Shown here one piece after another: positions 17,147 through 27,604 of a DNA stretch of 50,063 nt. Origin of the DNA: Acidimicrobiales bacterium (lineage in GTDB: Bacteria; Actinomycetota; Acidimicrobiia; Acidimicrobiales; JABEUL01); the NCBI GenBank assembly GCA_027371755.1, contig DAHXLF010000002.1:1-50063 (forward strand), read 5' to 3'. The notes under the pieces were generated by a model, which was not told the DNA's origin, made no database searches, and saw nothing but the letters and a program-made list of their open reading frames with translations. Numbering within the stretch: position 1 is the stretch's first letter; every line of letters starts with the position of its first letter. Both the position numbers and the translations under genes were made by a program.

Positions 17147-17179
17147 TTGAAAAGTTTTTTGAAAGTTAAAACTTTTCAA
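17147..17179. promoter_or_regulatory. perfect 12-bp inverted repeat TTGAAAAGTTTT-N9-AAAACTTTTCAA
   Basis: 17147-17158 is the reverse complement of 17168-17179. It lies 39 nt upstream of the ATG at 17218. Confidence 0.4.
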
Positions 17180-17217
17180 GCCGAAGAATCGGTATAGTTG
17201 CCGATTTAAAAAGTAAT

Positions 17218-17877
17218 ATGAAAGGAAATATTAATATCATGTTTAAAAACAGACAGCAGAAGCATAGAAAGATGGCTTCTAAATTTAGACTTTTAGCATC
17301 GGTGGGAATTGCGATAGTGCTTTTTACCGGTATGGGAATGGTGTTTAGCGGTAAGGCGGCGTTGGCCGATACCATTATTCCTTTAAATGGCTCGGTAAAT
17401 GCAAGCACTTATATTGCCAGCTTGAATACAACTGCCAATTTGCCAAACGGCTCATTTGGCGGGTCGGTTGATTTGACAAATGACCAAATTACGGGTAATC
17501 TGTCTTTGCCGGCTGGTTCGATTAACACCGATGTATTCGGATTTGTGCCGATGTCGGCCACGTTTGAAATGGTGCCTGTCGGGTCAGTTACTGGAACCGT
17601 GGATCTGAAAACCCTATCGGTGAACGTTACCAGTGTTTTCAATATAAAGTTGACGAGCGCCGAAGTGTTTGGCCTTCCCTTTAATATCGTTGGGAATCAA
17701 TGTGAAACTTCGACTCCCGTATCGGCGAACCTGAATGGTCAAGTGAACTCGAATCTATCTGTGGATTTAACTGGTACCTATACCATCCCGTCGTTTGAAA
17801 ACTGTGGATTCTCCACATTTTTGGTTAATCTACTCGTACCTGGCAGCGGCAACACAATTACTGCTCAAATTTCATAG
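17218..17877 (+). CDS. secreted hypothetical protein
   Basis: Signal-peptide-like MASKFRLLASVGIAIVLFTGMGMVFSGKAALA. Alternative starts at 17239 or 17272. The mature part is Thr/Ser/Asn/Gly-rich. I recognise no family. Confidence 0.65.
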   Translation: MKGNINIMFKNRQQKHRKMASKFRLLASVGIAIVLFTGMGMVFSGKAALADTIIPLNGSVNASTYIASLNTTANLPNGSFGGSVDLTNDQITGNLSLPAGSINTDVFGFVPMSATFEMVPVGSVTGTVDLKTLSVNVTSVFNIKLTSAEVFGLPFNIVGNQCETSTPVSANLNGQVNSNLSVDLTGTYTIPSFENCGFSTFLVNLLVPGSGNTITAQIS

Positions 17878-17909
17878 TCAGTTAATAGAAAAATAAAAGA
17901 GAATTAGGC

Positions 17910-17946
17910 GGAAACCGGCATAAACAATTCAGTTATGCCGGTTTCC
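17910..17946 (+). terminator. intrinsic terminator candidate
   Basis: 14-bp perfect stem GGAAACCGGCATAA / TTATGCCGGTTTCC (17910-17923 and 17933-17946) with a 9-nt loop. It starts 33 nt after the stop at 17877. The downstream T-tract is weak (CCTTTG). Confidence 0.6.
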
Positions 17947-18211
17947 CCTTTGACTCTTAATTCGATAGATCTACATGATGAGGTTAAATAAAATTATGCG
18001 GAATGTAGCTATGAAACATGGTGAACGCAAACGAATTTAAAAAGGGATTCTGAAACATCTCTTGAATTTATACAGTAAGCCCAAATTGTTTCCTAAGGTT
18101 CGTATTGCGTAAGGCCCGTATTAATAGTGCCACTTGCTGTTACTTTGAGTTAGTCGGCAATTGGGCCGTTCTAACCGAGTCACTTATTCCTGGTTTATAA
18201 GTTCATTTAAG

Positions 18212-18850
18212 CTATAGCTTTTTTAATATTTTAAGACTGCCTACGGTGTCGATCTGTTTGAAGGATTTAGAAGAGATTGCAGCAATAAATACTTCGTAAG
18301 GTGCTCTTCCTCCTTGCGACTCGTCTTCAAAGACATCGTGAATTAATAATAATCCGTCGCGTTGAATGAATTGTGACCACCCCCGGTAATCTCCCATCGC
18401 TTCAAATATAGAATGCCCACCGTCTATAAAAAGCAGAGATATAGGAATGTTCCAGTACCGTGAAACTGTCTTGGAGTTGCCAATAACCGCAATTACACTT
18501 TCGTCTAGTTTGGCCAAAGTAATAGTTTTTCTGAATAGCGGTAACGTCTCCAATTTTTCGGTTGTCGGGTCATAAAGTTCAGGATCATGATGTTCCCAAC
18601 CAAGCTGATTTTCTTCGGAGCCTCGGTGGTGATCTATTGAAAACAATACTGACGACTGTTCTTTTGCTGCCGCTCCCAGGTATACCGAAGATTTCCCGCA
18701 ATACGATCCGATCTCTATCATTGGGTTTCTGCTCATAGAAAGCATGTCAAGCGCATAGTTGTAGAGTGCCATTCCTTCGTCGTCAGGCATAAATCCCTTT
18801 GTGTCTTTTGCAATTTGGAGAAGTTCTTCGTTCATTCTGACGTTAGGCAT
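18212..18850 (-). CDS. class I SAM-dependent methyltransferase (O-methyltransferase-like)
   Basis: IEIGSYCGKSSVYLGAAA (motif I) and LLFIDGGHS. Confidence 0.75.
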   Translation of the reverse strand: MPNVRMNEELLQIAKDTKGFMPDDEGMALYNYALDMLSMSRNPMIEIGSYCGKSSVYLGAAAKEQSSVLFSIDHHRGSEENQLGWEHHDPELYDPTTEKLETLPLFRKTITLAKLDESVIAVIGNSKTVSRYWNIPISLLFIDGGHSIFEAMGDYRGWSQFIQRDGLLLIHDVFEDESQGGRAPYEVFIAAISSKSFKQIDTVGSLKILKKL

Positions 18851-18882
18851 GCGTTTCCTATGATTGTTACGGCTTAACCGTA

Positions 18883-19470
18883 CTATCTAAATATACTATA
18901 GAGGGCATAAAAGAAAAATCCAATAAATATGATGCCTGCCAGTTTCCGAATTCTGTTTGTGGGAAGAACCTTAAGAAGTGATTTACCTCCAATAATGCCG
19001 ATGGATACAACGGCGACAAGCCCTAAAAAAGCTCCGAGCGCGACAGAAAGAGCCTGATGATATTTTGCTTCAAGATTAATGGTCGCTATTTGAGTTAGGT
19101 CCCCGAATTCACCTAAAAATGTAACGCCAAATGATGTTAATAGGACTTTTTTCATGTGCTTTTTCGGAGTTTGAGCGAGTTTTTCACCTTCTTCTATCTG
19201 TTCTTTTTCATTTGTTAGTATGAGATAGATTCCTCCAGCCAGGAATACTGCCGCAATGATTCCTTCAAGAATATTATGGGGGATTAGCGTTATAACCGTA
19301 CCTACGGTTACCGATATGGTTACCTGTATTGCAAATGCAAAAGCAGCGCCTAGCCAGACTAACAACCCGTTGTATTTAGATCCCAGTAATATCGACGAGA
19401 CCATAGTTTTGTCAGGTATTTCCGCTACAAATATGATTACGAAAACGGTTAAAACTGTAACAAAGTTCAC
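18883..19470 (-). CDS. TMEM165/GDT1 (UPF0016) family cation transporter
   Basis: Two E-x-G-D-(K/L)-T motifs, AEIPDKTM and GEFGDLTQ, within 6 predicted TM segments. Confidence 0.85.
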   Translation of the reverse strand: MNFVTVLTVFVIIFVAEIPDKTMVSSILLGSKYNGLLVWLGAAFAFAIQVTISVTVGTVITLIPHNILEGIIAAVFLAGGIYLILTNEKEQIEEGEKLAQTPKKHMKKVLLTSFGVTFLGEFGDLTQIATINLEAKYHQALSVALGAFLGLVAVVSIGIIGGKSLLKVLPTNRIRKLAGIIFIGFFFYALYSIFR

Positions 19471-19500
19471 GGATCTATTCGGTTAAGTTACTAAAACCGA

Positions 19501-21618
19501 TTACTGCTCTTCAATAGGGAGTGTCACAGTTATAACGTCTTCGACAACATTTGCCGGCACCGGTCTTGAAAAGTAGAAGCCTTGGATTGTATCACAACCA
19601 AGTTCTGATAATCTTTTGAGTTGTTGCTCGGTCTCTACGCCTTCTGCAATAACATCAAGTTTAAGCGTGTTTGCAACTTGGATAACGGCAGTAACGATGG
19701 CTTCATCGTCTTTGTCCTGTCCCAAGCCTATTATAAACGATCTATCGATTTTAACTGACTCCACCGGGAATTTCTTTAGGTAGGTGAAGGAAGAGTATCC
19801 AGTACCGAAGTCGTCGATGGCTATCGACACCCCCATGTCGTTAAAGGCCTTTAAAATTGTAACGGCTTCTTCGGGGTCTGCCATCAATGTGGATTCTGTT
19901 ACCTCTAAGACCAGTCTGGTCTTAGTAAAATCTAGGTTGGAGCCTTCCACAATGTCTTTTACTGTATCTATGAGGCCTGTATCTAAAAATTGACGGGGAG
20001 AAAGGTTAACTGAGACCTTAAAAGGTTTTTTGATATCCGGCAGCGATTCCCACTCTTTGGCATTTCGTAATGCCTCAGCAAGCATCCAGGTGCCTATCGG
20101 TACGATAAGCCCAGAGTCTTCGGCTACGGGGATAAAGGTAGCCGGTGATTCAAGACCGTGTTCTCTTTGCCATCTCACAAGCGCTTCAACTCCTATCGCC
20201 CGCCTAGTGGTAGCGTCGACTACTGGTTGGAAATAAGCCCTAAGTTCACCTTTGTTTATCCCTTGCCTTAGCGCACTTTCGAGTTGAAGCCTTCCAGCTG
20301 ATTCAAATCCGCTGGTTTCGTCCATGATAACATAACGTTTTCGTCCTCTGTCTTTAGCTCTGTTCATGGCGGCGTCTGCATTCCTTATAATGTCATCAGC
20401 CAATAGCGTTCTCTCACTTGACTCGGCAATTCCGACCGACAGGGAGATGTGATAGGGTTCGTTGTTAATGACAATCGGTTCATCTAGACTTTTAATGAGT
20501 CTGTCTCCGAGTGAACCTAATGACGTGAGATCGTCAGCTTCGTCGCACAAAATTACAAATTCGTCTCCACCAAATCTAGCTACGGTATCTGACGGTCTGA
20601 AGCATGCCTTTATTCTCTGAGCAACGGCTACCAATATTTGATCACCCACAGAGTGGTTTAACGAATCATTTATTATCTTAAACCGGTCGATGTCTGCCAA
20701 CAAGACTATGATCCTGCTCTTGCTTTTCTGGCTTCTAAGAAGTGCCTGCGAAACTCTGTCTACGAAGAGTGCTCTGTTGGGCAGACCGGTCAGCGGATCA
20801 TGGAGAGCCTGATACTCCAAAGCAGCCTTAGCTTGCTTGGTATCCGTGATATCTCTAATTACAATTTGAACCCCTGGTTCCCCGTCATAAACTATGGGAA
20901 TCCCGATTACCTCAACGTGGATCACCTGAGCGTCAAGACTTAAAAGTCGGATCTCAATCGGGTGCATTTCTCCGCCTTTGTCAACGGGTTCAAAAGCGAT
21001 ATTTGCTAGTTCTCTGTCATCCGGATGTACCAAATCGATTATAAGAGTTTGTTTGAGCTGCTCTAACGAAGTGGCACCGATAAGTCTGAGGGCGGCGGGA
21101 TTCGCATATACAATGGAACTTTCTTTATAAACTGCCATGGGTTCCGGTGATCTTTCCACCAGTCTTCTGTATCTGCCTTCGCTTTCGGCAAGTTCGAGTA
21201 AGGCTACGTGACGACTTGTAACGTCTCGGGTTACCGAAAGTATCGCTTTAATTTCAGGGTTGTCCGTTAGATCATAGGCCGTAGTTTCAACGGTAAGCCA
21301 GGTGCTTTCGGGACTCAAGAGTCTAAATGACACCGGACCGAAAACCTTCTTGGTTTCTTGCCCAATTTTACTGAACTCTATTACAACCCTGTTTCTGTCC
21401 TCTGGATGAATCTTGTCAAATACCGGTTGAGTTGTAAAAGATTCCGAAATGTCTTTAAAAAATTCAAATGCAGACCGGGATGCCCATATGACTCTTCCAT
21501 CCAAACTTAGAAGAGCTATGAGATCGGGGGTATTTCCTGTTAAAAACCCCCACAGCACCGCTTTTTGGCTGTGAGTTAGTCTGCCTTCGATATGTGACAT
21601 TTCATAGTCGTTTTCCAA
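19501..21618 (-). CDS. PAS-PAS-GGDEF-EAL signalling protein (c-di-GMP turnover)
   Basis: RFGGDEFVIL (intact GGDEF), EALVRW (EAL), DDFGTGYSS, and two PAS-like segments in the N-terminal half. Confidence 0.9.
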   Translation of the reverse strand: MENDYEMSHIEGRLTHSQKAVLWGFLTGNTPDLIALLSLDGRVIWASRSAFEFFKDISESFTTQPVFDKIHPEDRNRVVIEFSKIGQETKKVFGPVSFRLLSPESTWLTVETTAYDLTDNPEIKAILSVTRDVTSRHVALLELAESEGRYRRLVERSPEPMAVYKESSIVYANPAALRLIGATSLEQLKQTLIIDLVHPDDRELANIAFEPVDKGGEMHPIEIRLLSLDAQVIHVEVIGIPIVYDGEPGVQIVIRDITDTKQAKAALEYQALHDPLTGLPNRALFVDRVSQALLRSQKSKSRIIVLLADIDRFKIINDSLNHSVGDQILVAVAQRIKACFRPSDTVARFGGDEFVILCDEADDLTSLGSLGDRLIKSLDEPIVINNEPYHISLSVGIAESSERTLLADDIIRNADAAMNRAKDRGRKRYVIMDETSGFESAGRLQLESALRQGINKGELRAYFQPVVDATTRRAIGVEALVRWQREHGLESPATFIPVAEDSGLIVPIGTWMLAEALRNAKEWESLPDIKKPFKVSVNLSPRQFLDTGLIDTVKDIVEGSNLDFTKTRLVLEVTESTLMADPEEAVTILKAFNDMGVSIAIDDFGTGYSSFTYLKKFPVESVKIDRSFIIGLGQDKDDEAIVTAVIQVANTLKLDVIAEGVETEQQLKRLSELGCDTIQGFYFSRPVPANVVEDVITVTLPIEEQ

Positions 21619-21930
21619 TTTGAATCCTAAGTTTATATTCTATAGTAATTTATTATGCTTTTGCCCTTACGGAATTTACTTGATTTATATTAACGACCCT
21701 AAATAAATCTATTGATAAGGCTTAAGTTGTAAATTGACAGGTTAACGAACCCGCCAAAAGTCTGCATCTAATCGGCCCAAGTCCAGACTAATATCATTTC
21801 TCTGTTTTTAGCGTTCCGAACAAAAACACGTGTTATAAAAATTTCGTTATAAAAATTATAGGGTAAATATATTTTAATAGTGCCGTGAGTTTAAATTTGC
21901 TTGCATTTCCAGTCGATCTATTGTTAAACG

Positions 21931-21948
21931 TTACAGTTTAAACTGTAA
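21931..21948. repeat. perfect 18-bp palindrome TTACAGTTTAAACTGTAA
   Basis: Self-complementary. It lies in the 442-bp spacer downstream of pepN and upstream of the GGDEF-EAL gene. Confidence 0.9.
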
Positions 21949-22060
21949 GAAGCGACTGTAAAATCTTAGCACCTGCCTAATCATATTTTCAGAGTATTCG
22001 ATATTAATTTCTGTCAAATTTTTAATGTCAAAGCCAACTCAGTTACAGCAGCGAAGGCTC

Positions 22061-24766
22061 TCAGATCGTCTCATCGATTTGTTTTAATGATTCTCTGATT
22101 CTGATATTGAATTTAACCGCTATTTCCAATCTTTCCCTTGCTTGTTTAACCGTTAGGTTTGATGCCTCAACGGGGTGTTCGGCTAGAAAGTGATCTACTT
22201 TGTCTAAATAAAGTGACTTTGAATCCGAATCAATCGAAGTTAATCCGCGAATTCCATCAAGCATACGCGGAATCGTGGGGCTTGGATATCTTTCGAACAT
22301 CAAACTGAAGTTTTCTTTCATAAAGTCTAAAGTTTGTCCCTGGGTGTTTTTGTCGAACAGCATTGACTGGATTATAAAAGGTGCATTTTGTGTTCGAATC
22401 TCATCTAGAGTCATATCGAGAGTTCTTTGTATCAGAGCTTTATCGCAAAATGACGACATTGCATTTAAAAATCTCATTTCATCTTGAGGGCTTTTAGGAT
22501 TTTGATAACCGTGATATACGGATTCATAGTCTTGAGTCCGATTTACATCTGCTACTACATCGAGAACCGCTCCTACTAGATCTGGATCCGGCCATTTATC
22601 TTGATTTATCATAAGATCAAATTTCTCTAATGCGTCGTTCCTAATCCTGTCATTTTTCCCCGTCACGCCCAATGTTCTATAGATTAGCGATCTAAAGGAT
22701 TTCCGATTTTCTGGTTCGTCTATTTCTTGGTCGATTCCAATATTGTTGATTACGGGTTCAAAAAGTTTGTTGCAGGTCTGACTTATTTGATCGTCGAATG
22801 TCCCTGCACTTGCTTTATATAAAGAATTGATAGCAGACGATACTATTGCCCACATATTTATGTCATATGTTTTGGAGTCTCTTATCAATCTGGCGATTTT
22901 TAAGAATTCATCTAAATCTGATTTCTCTCTAATCGTGTTTGACCAACTGTCTGAGACTAAATTGAATTGCTCCAAAGTGCTTAAAGACGACCAATTGTTT
23001 AGTAGGTTTTCAAAGATATCGTTTGAATAGGATGTTCTGTAAAAGCCGTAACCGTTACCGTTTGCGCTTAAAGATTCCGATTCTCCCAATTCAACGTCAG
23101 AGCTTTCTGAGCTTAAAGCAAGGTGGAGGTTTATTAAAGACTGTTCTTTTGATTCAATGGGCTTGACGACTAAAGGTACCATCCAATTCGATCCTATCGC
23201 ACCTTTAGTTTCGTAATAGAAAGAATTTTGCGAAATCTCATATGATTTTGAATCCGTCTTTTTTACCGAAATCAGGGGATAACCGCCTTGGAAGATCCAA
23301 GTGTCCATCATCTTTCGTACCGAGAATGATTCAATTATTCCATTTGGCAACGGGTGTCTTTTGGTGGCAGCTTCCAGGGCATCCCACAGGTCTGATGTTT
23401 CTGTGTTGGAATATTTGTGAGTTTGCAAATAGTCTCTTATCCCGTCTTTAAAAACCTCCGGTCCAATAAATTGTTCCAGCATTCTAAGTACTGCAGCTCC
23501 TTTTTGATACGTTAGTACGTCAAACATGGCTTCGGCTTCTCGCGGATGAAATACCTCAAATTCGATAGGCCTGGTAGTTGATAACGAATCCACACCCATC
23601 GCCGCTTCCCTGGAAAGACCGAAAGTTACCCATCTGTCCCATTCGGGTTTAAAGCTGTCAACTGCAAGCATTTCCATGAAAGTTGCAAACGCTTCGTTAA
23701 GCCATATCCCGTTCCACCATTTCATGGTAACTAAGTCGCCAAACCACATATGGGCTATTTCATGGGCTACTACGTCGGCCACTCTCTCTAAATCTGCCCG
23801 GCTTGCATTTTCTGGATTTGCTAGAAGCGCCGTTTCCCGGAAAGTCACGGCGCCTAAATTTTCCATAGCCCCGAAAGCAAAATCGGGTAGCGCTATCAAA
23901 TCCAGTTTCTTGCCGGGATATGGAATTTTAAAGTAGTCGCTAAAAAACTTTAACGAGTGTTCTCCCGCTTGCAGTGCAAATTCCGTCATGGAACCTTTCC
24001 CCGGTACATGAATAACCCTAAGCGGGATACCGTCAACGTCAACCTCTCGGCTCGATTCAAGATTGCCGACGATAAACGCAACTAGGTAAGTTGACATTTT
24101 CATTGTTTTTTGGAATTCGACTAATTTTGTACCAACGCCGGTTTCGGTCTGTTTTTCAATAGGCCAATTTGAAATTGCCATTAAGTCGCCATCAACTTCC
24201 AAGGTCACTTTGAATGTTGCCTTTAGCTGAGGTTCATCGAAACATGGAAATGCCCGCCTGGCATCGGTAGCTTCGAAATGTGTCGTTGCAATTACCTGTT
24301 CGGTCTCGTTCTCGTCAATAAAAGTTGATCGGTAGAAACCCCTCAGTTTGTCATTTAAAATGCCCTCGAAGACTATTCCTAAATATGTTTCGGCGTCGTA
24401 GTCTTTGGTTGTATTAAAAGTTATTCGCTCAAGTTCTGTGTCTAGAGACGAGCTTACCCACTCTAATGCTGAATTTGGCTTAGATCCAAGCTCGTCTGAG
24501 TTTATATTGTCTATGGCGATGCCTTCAAATGTGCTTAGACTTTCGCTTGAGTCATTTGTCACAAAAGCGGCCATGACCTTCAACTCTGCACCGTTTAAAG
24601 TAATCGTCTTGGTGGGTTCGGCAATATTAACTTTAATGAGTACTTTCCCTAAAAACTTTGCGGCAAGTAAGTCAGGTTTTAAATAGATATCGTAGGATTC
24701 GGGTATTACGTTGACATCAAGGCGATAATCTTGCGTGCGAAGTGATTCATTAGATAAGTTTTGCAT
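22061..24766 (-). CDS. pepN: aminopeptidase N (M1 family)
   Basis: GAMENLG exopeptidase motif, HEIAHMWFGDLVT...WLNEAF zinc site, about 900 aa. Confidence 0.95.
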   Translation of the reverse strand: MQNLSNESLRTQDYRLDVNVIPESYDIYLKPDLLAAKFLGKVLIKVNIAEPTKTITLNGAELKVMAAFVTNDSSESLSTFEGIAIDNINSDELGSKPNSALEWVSSSLDTELERITFNTTKDYDAETYLGIVFEGILNDKLRGFYRSTFIDENETEQVIATTHFEATDARRAFPCFDEPQLKATFKVTLEVDGDLMAISNWPIEKQTETGVGTKLVEFQKTMKMSTYLVAFIVGNLESSREVDVDGIPLRVIHVPGKGSMTEFALQAGEHSLKFFSDYFKIPYPGKKLDLIALPDFAFGAMENLGAVTFRETALLANPENASRADLERVADVVAHEIAHMWFGDLVTMKWWNGIWLNEAFATFMEMLAVDSFKPEWDRWVTFGLSREAAMGVDSLSTTRPIEFEVFHPREAEAMFDVLTYQKGAAVLRMLEQFIGPEVFKDGIRDYLQTHKYSNTETSDLWDALEAATKRHPLPNGIIESFSVRKMMDTWIFQGGYPLISVKKTDSKSYEISQNSFYYETKGAIGSNWMVPLVVKPIESKEQSLINLHLALSSESSDVELGESESLSANGNGYGFYRTSYSNDIFENLLNNWSSLSTLEQFNLVSDSWSNTIREKSDLDEFLKIARLIRDSKTYDINMWAIVSSAINSLYKASAGTFDDQISQTCNKLFEPVINNIGIDQEIDEPENRKSFRSLIYRTLGVTGKNDRIRNDALEKFDLMINQDKWPDPDLVGAVLDVVADVNRTQDYESVYHGYQNPKSPQDEMRFLNAMSSFCDKALIQRTLDMTLDEIRTQNAPFIIQSMLFDKNTQGQTLDFMKENFSLMFERYPSPTIPRMLDGIRGLTSIDSDSKSLYLDKVDHFLAEHPVEASNLTVKQARERLEIAVKFNIRIRESLKQIDETI

Positions 24767-25153
24767 AATTTAATATTAGTCATCCGATCGTGACGGAAGT
24801 TTCTATAAGCTCAAGACAAACTCATCGAACCTAAGTTTTGAATTGTGATTGATTGAAGAACAGATGCGACTAACCCAATAGTGGGATCTGTTAATGGTAC
24901 AAAAAACCCTTAATATTTAAAAATTGGTCTGTGAAAAATTGTATCTTGTATATTAGGGTTGGCAATCAGCGATATTTTCGTTACTTTTTATTTGAACTAC
25001 TGCGTGACTTTGAGTGTCTAAATGGCGTTTATAAAAGGGGTGTGGGCCAGATAGACCCCTGAGAGACTGGAATCCAAATCCGCCCTCGTTTTTTATGGTT
25101 AAGTTGACAATTATAAACCTTTTAGGGTCATTTTGAACTAAATTATTAGGATT

Positions 25154-26314
25154 ATGACATTTAACTCAAATGACTCACCCAACGACGCCATAAAAGACGG
25201 AAATTCAATAGTTGAACAAAGCGATTCAAAAGAACAGTTTTGGCCCATAAAGATGCGGCCGAAAGAAAGTTGTGAATTTGACGTAGTTGCAATTGGGCAT
25301 GCCGTTGTAGACATAATGGTGAACGTTTCAAAAGAAAATCTTCTTGACTTTGAACTTAATAAAGGGACGATGCAACTCACGGATTCAAAACATCTGGGTG
25401 AACAGATTTTAGAGAAGCTTCAAACAAGCGAGGATTCTTTTGAAATTGTAAAATCATCTGGTGGTTCGGCGGGAAATACCATCTATGCACTGGCAAAGCT
25501 TGGTATAACAACCGGATTTTTAGGAACGGTGTTCGACGACGAATTAGGAAGGCACTATATTCAGGACTTTCAAGATTCATCTGTAAAGTGCTTTTTTTCA
25601 CCGAAAAAGTTGGAAAATATGGATATAGGTTCGATAGACGAATCAATTGCCACCGGTAGATGCAATGTATTTATAACTCCCGATAAGGATCGAACGATGT
25701 TAACTTATCTTGGTGCTTCAGCAAATTTTGACATTGAAGATGTTAATAGCCTGAATTTTTCTTCAACGGGGTTAGTATATCTTGAGGGGTATCTTTTTGA
25801 TTCGGTTTCCGGAACTGCAGCCTTAATGGAAGCAATAAGTAGGGCACGGCAAAATTCTACTTTGGTTAGTCTCTCTCTTTCGGATCCTTTTGTAGTTGAA
25901 CGATATAAAGATGTGATTTTGGATTTGATCACAAATAATAAAATCGATATACTTTTTGGAAATTTTACGGAAGCGAGTATTTTGTCTTCATCGGATTCGA
26001 TAAATGGTATTGCCGAATTTTTAAAAGTTAATTCTCAATTCGCGGTAGTTACAGACGGTTCTAACGGGTCTTACTGTATAGACGAATCGGAACTTATCTT
26101 CGTTCCCGCATTTAAATCTAATAAAGTGGCAGATACGACTGGCGCAGGCGATTCGTTCGCCGCTGGGACAATTGCAGGGTTTATCCGAGGATATTCTATT
26201 CAAGACAGTTTGAAAATTGGGAGTTTGCTGGCTAAAGAAGTAATAGAGCACGTCGGTCCGCGCCCGACCGATGACGTTCACGGTATTTTAAAGCAGTTTC
26301 AATATGAGTTTTAG
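25154..26314 (+). CDS. PfkB-family carbohydrate/nucleoside kinase
   Basis: VVAIGHAVVDI N-terminal motif and DTTGAGDSFAAG. The true start may be the internal ATG at 25253 (MRPKESCEFDVVAIG). Confidence 0.8.
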   Translation: MTFNSNDSPNDAIKDGNSIVEQSDSKEQFWPIKMRPKESCEFDVVAIGHAVVDIMVNVSKENLLDFELNKGTMQLTDSKHLGEQILEKLQTSEDSFEIVKSSGGSAGNTIYALAKLGITTGFLGTVFDDELGRHYIQDFQDSSVKCFFSPKKLENMDIGSIDESIATGRCNVFITPDKDRTMLTYLGASANFDIEDVNSLNFSSTGLVYLEGYLFDSVSGTAALMEAISRARQNSTLVSLSLSDPFVVERYKDVILDLITNNKIDILFGNFTEASILSSSDSINGIAEFLKVNSQFAVVTDGSNGSYCIDESELIFVPAFKSNKVADTTGAGDSFAAGTIAGFIRGYSIQDSLKIGSLLAKEVIEHVGPRPTDDVHGILKQFQYEF

Positions 26315-26394
26315 GCTAAGGTTGCTTGAAATATAGTTAAGTAAATTGTTGGAGTCTAATTACACATGGGTATCTCAAAATAGAGGAATTTAAA

Positions 26395-27246
26395 ATGCAT
26401 TCAGATAATATTTGGTTGAAAAGACGTATTTTGTCCTATGCGCATCAAGGAGGCTCGCTTGAAGAGCCTTCATCGACGTTGTATGCAATTCAAAAGGCAA
26501 TTGACAATGGGGCAACTGCCATAGAGCTTGACGTACACTGTACCAAAGACGGGCAAATTGTAGTATGCCATGATCCTACCGTAGACAGAACAACTGAAGC
26601 AACCGGGGAAATTGCAAACTTTACTTTGTCGGCTTTAAAAGAATTAGACAATGCCTATTGGTTTGCGCCCCATAAAGCAGAACAGAGAGATCTGGATGTA
26701 AATGAGTATATATATAGAGACAAAGCCAAGAGCGATAATAGATTTAGGATAGCTACTTTGGATGAAATTCTAAGTGAGTTTAAGGAAATGATCTTTAATT
26801 TTGATATCAAAAGAACAGCACCCGAAGTTAAACCATATGAAGAAGTTTTGGCTGAAAAGCTAAGACAATTTAACTGCCAAGATAGGGTAATTATTGCTTC
26901 GTTTATTGATTCGGCTACTTCAAAGTTTAAGGAGATTGCGCCAGATTTCAGTATTTCGGCGGGGACAACAGCAACATCTGAATTCTACTTTGCCGATGAA
27001 ACCGATCCGATGCTAGATGACTTAAATTACGTAGCACTGCAGGTCCCTTACCATTTTAACGATACGCAAGTGGTAACTCCATCATTCGTAAAAAAGGCAC
27101 ACGACCACAACATTGCCGTACACGTTTGGACCATAAATTCTGAAAACGAAATGAAAGAGTTGATTGATTTAGGTGTGGACGGGATTATAACCGACCGGCC
27201 TACGCTTCTAACTTCTGTACTTGCAAATTGGTCGGTCGGGCAATGA
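26395..27246 (+). CDS. glycerophosphodiester phosphodiesterase family protein
   Basis: SYAHQGG..EPSSTL, IELDVHCTKDGQIVVCHDPTVDRTT, and C-terminal HVWTIN...GVDGIITDRP. Confidence 0.85.
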   Translation: MHSDNIWLKRRILSYAHQGGSLEEPSSTLYAIQKAIDNGATAIELDVHCTKDGQIVVCHDPTVDRTTEATGEIANFTLSALKELDNAYWFAPHKAEQRDLDVNEYIYRDKAKSDNRFRIATLDEILSEFKEMIFNFDIKRTAPEVKPYEEVLAEKLRQFNCQDRVIIASFIDSATSKFKEIAPDFSISAGTTATSEFYFADETDPMLDDLNYVALQVPYHFNDTQVVTPSFVKKAHDHNIAVHVWTINSENEMKELIDLGVDGIITDRPTLLTSVLANWSVGQ

Positions 27247-27604
27247 GCATACAAATTGCAATGAGCATTTAAACTTAACTATTTGAAACTAAATTATTAA
27301 AAAGCCGAATATTACCGGAACTAGATATTACAGACAAAAGGTTCCAAATATTAAATCAGCATAATATCTCACTTTTTTTACACTGAAAAATGACCGAAAT
27401 AAATTTTTCACTCAGCTTTTTATTGCAATAATTCCTGATCCGAAAATATGTGTGCCCAGAATATCTATGAAGATTCTTAAGCCTTTTAAATTAATCAAGT
27501 TTGAATGTTATCAAGGTTGCAAGCGCGGCTGCGTTATTCGCGTTATTTTTGATGCACTTGCTATTGATACGGCTGCACCTTGCTGTAGTTAGCCTCTGGT
27601 GCGG

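Noticed and set aside
25036-25100. GGGGTG...CTGAGAG segment upstream of the PfkB kinase gene, reminiscent of a TPP riboswitch core.
   Set aside because: The remaining TPP elements (ACCC after CTGAGA, the CCTGATCTGGATAATGCCAGCG arm) are absent. Only a short 5-bp hairpin is present.
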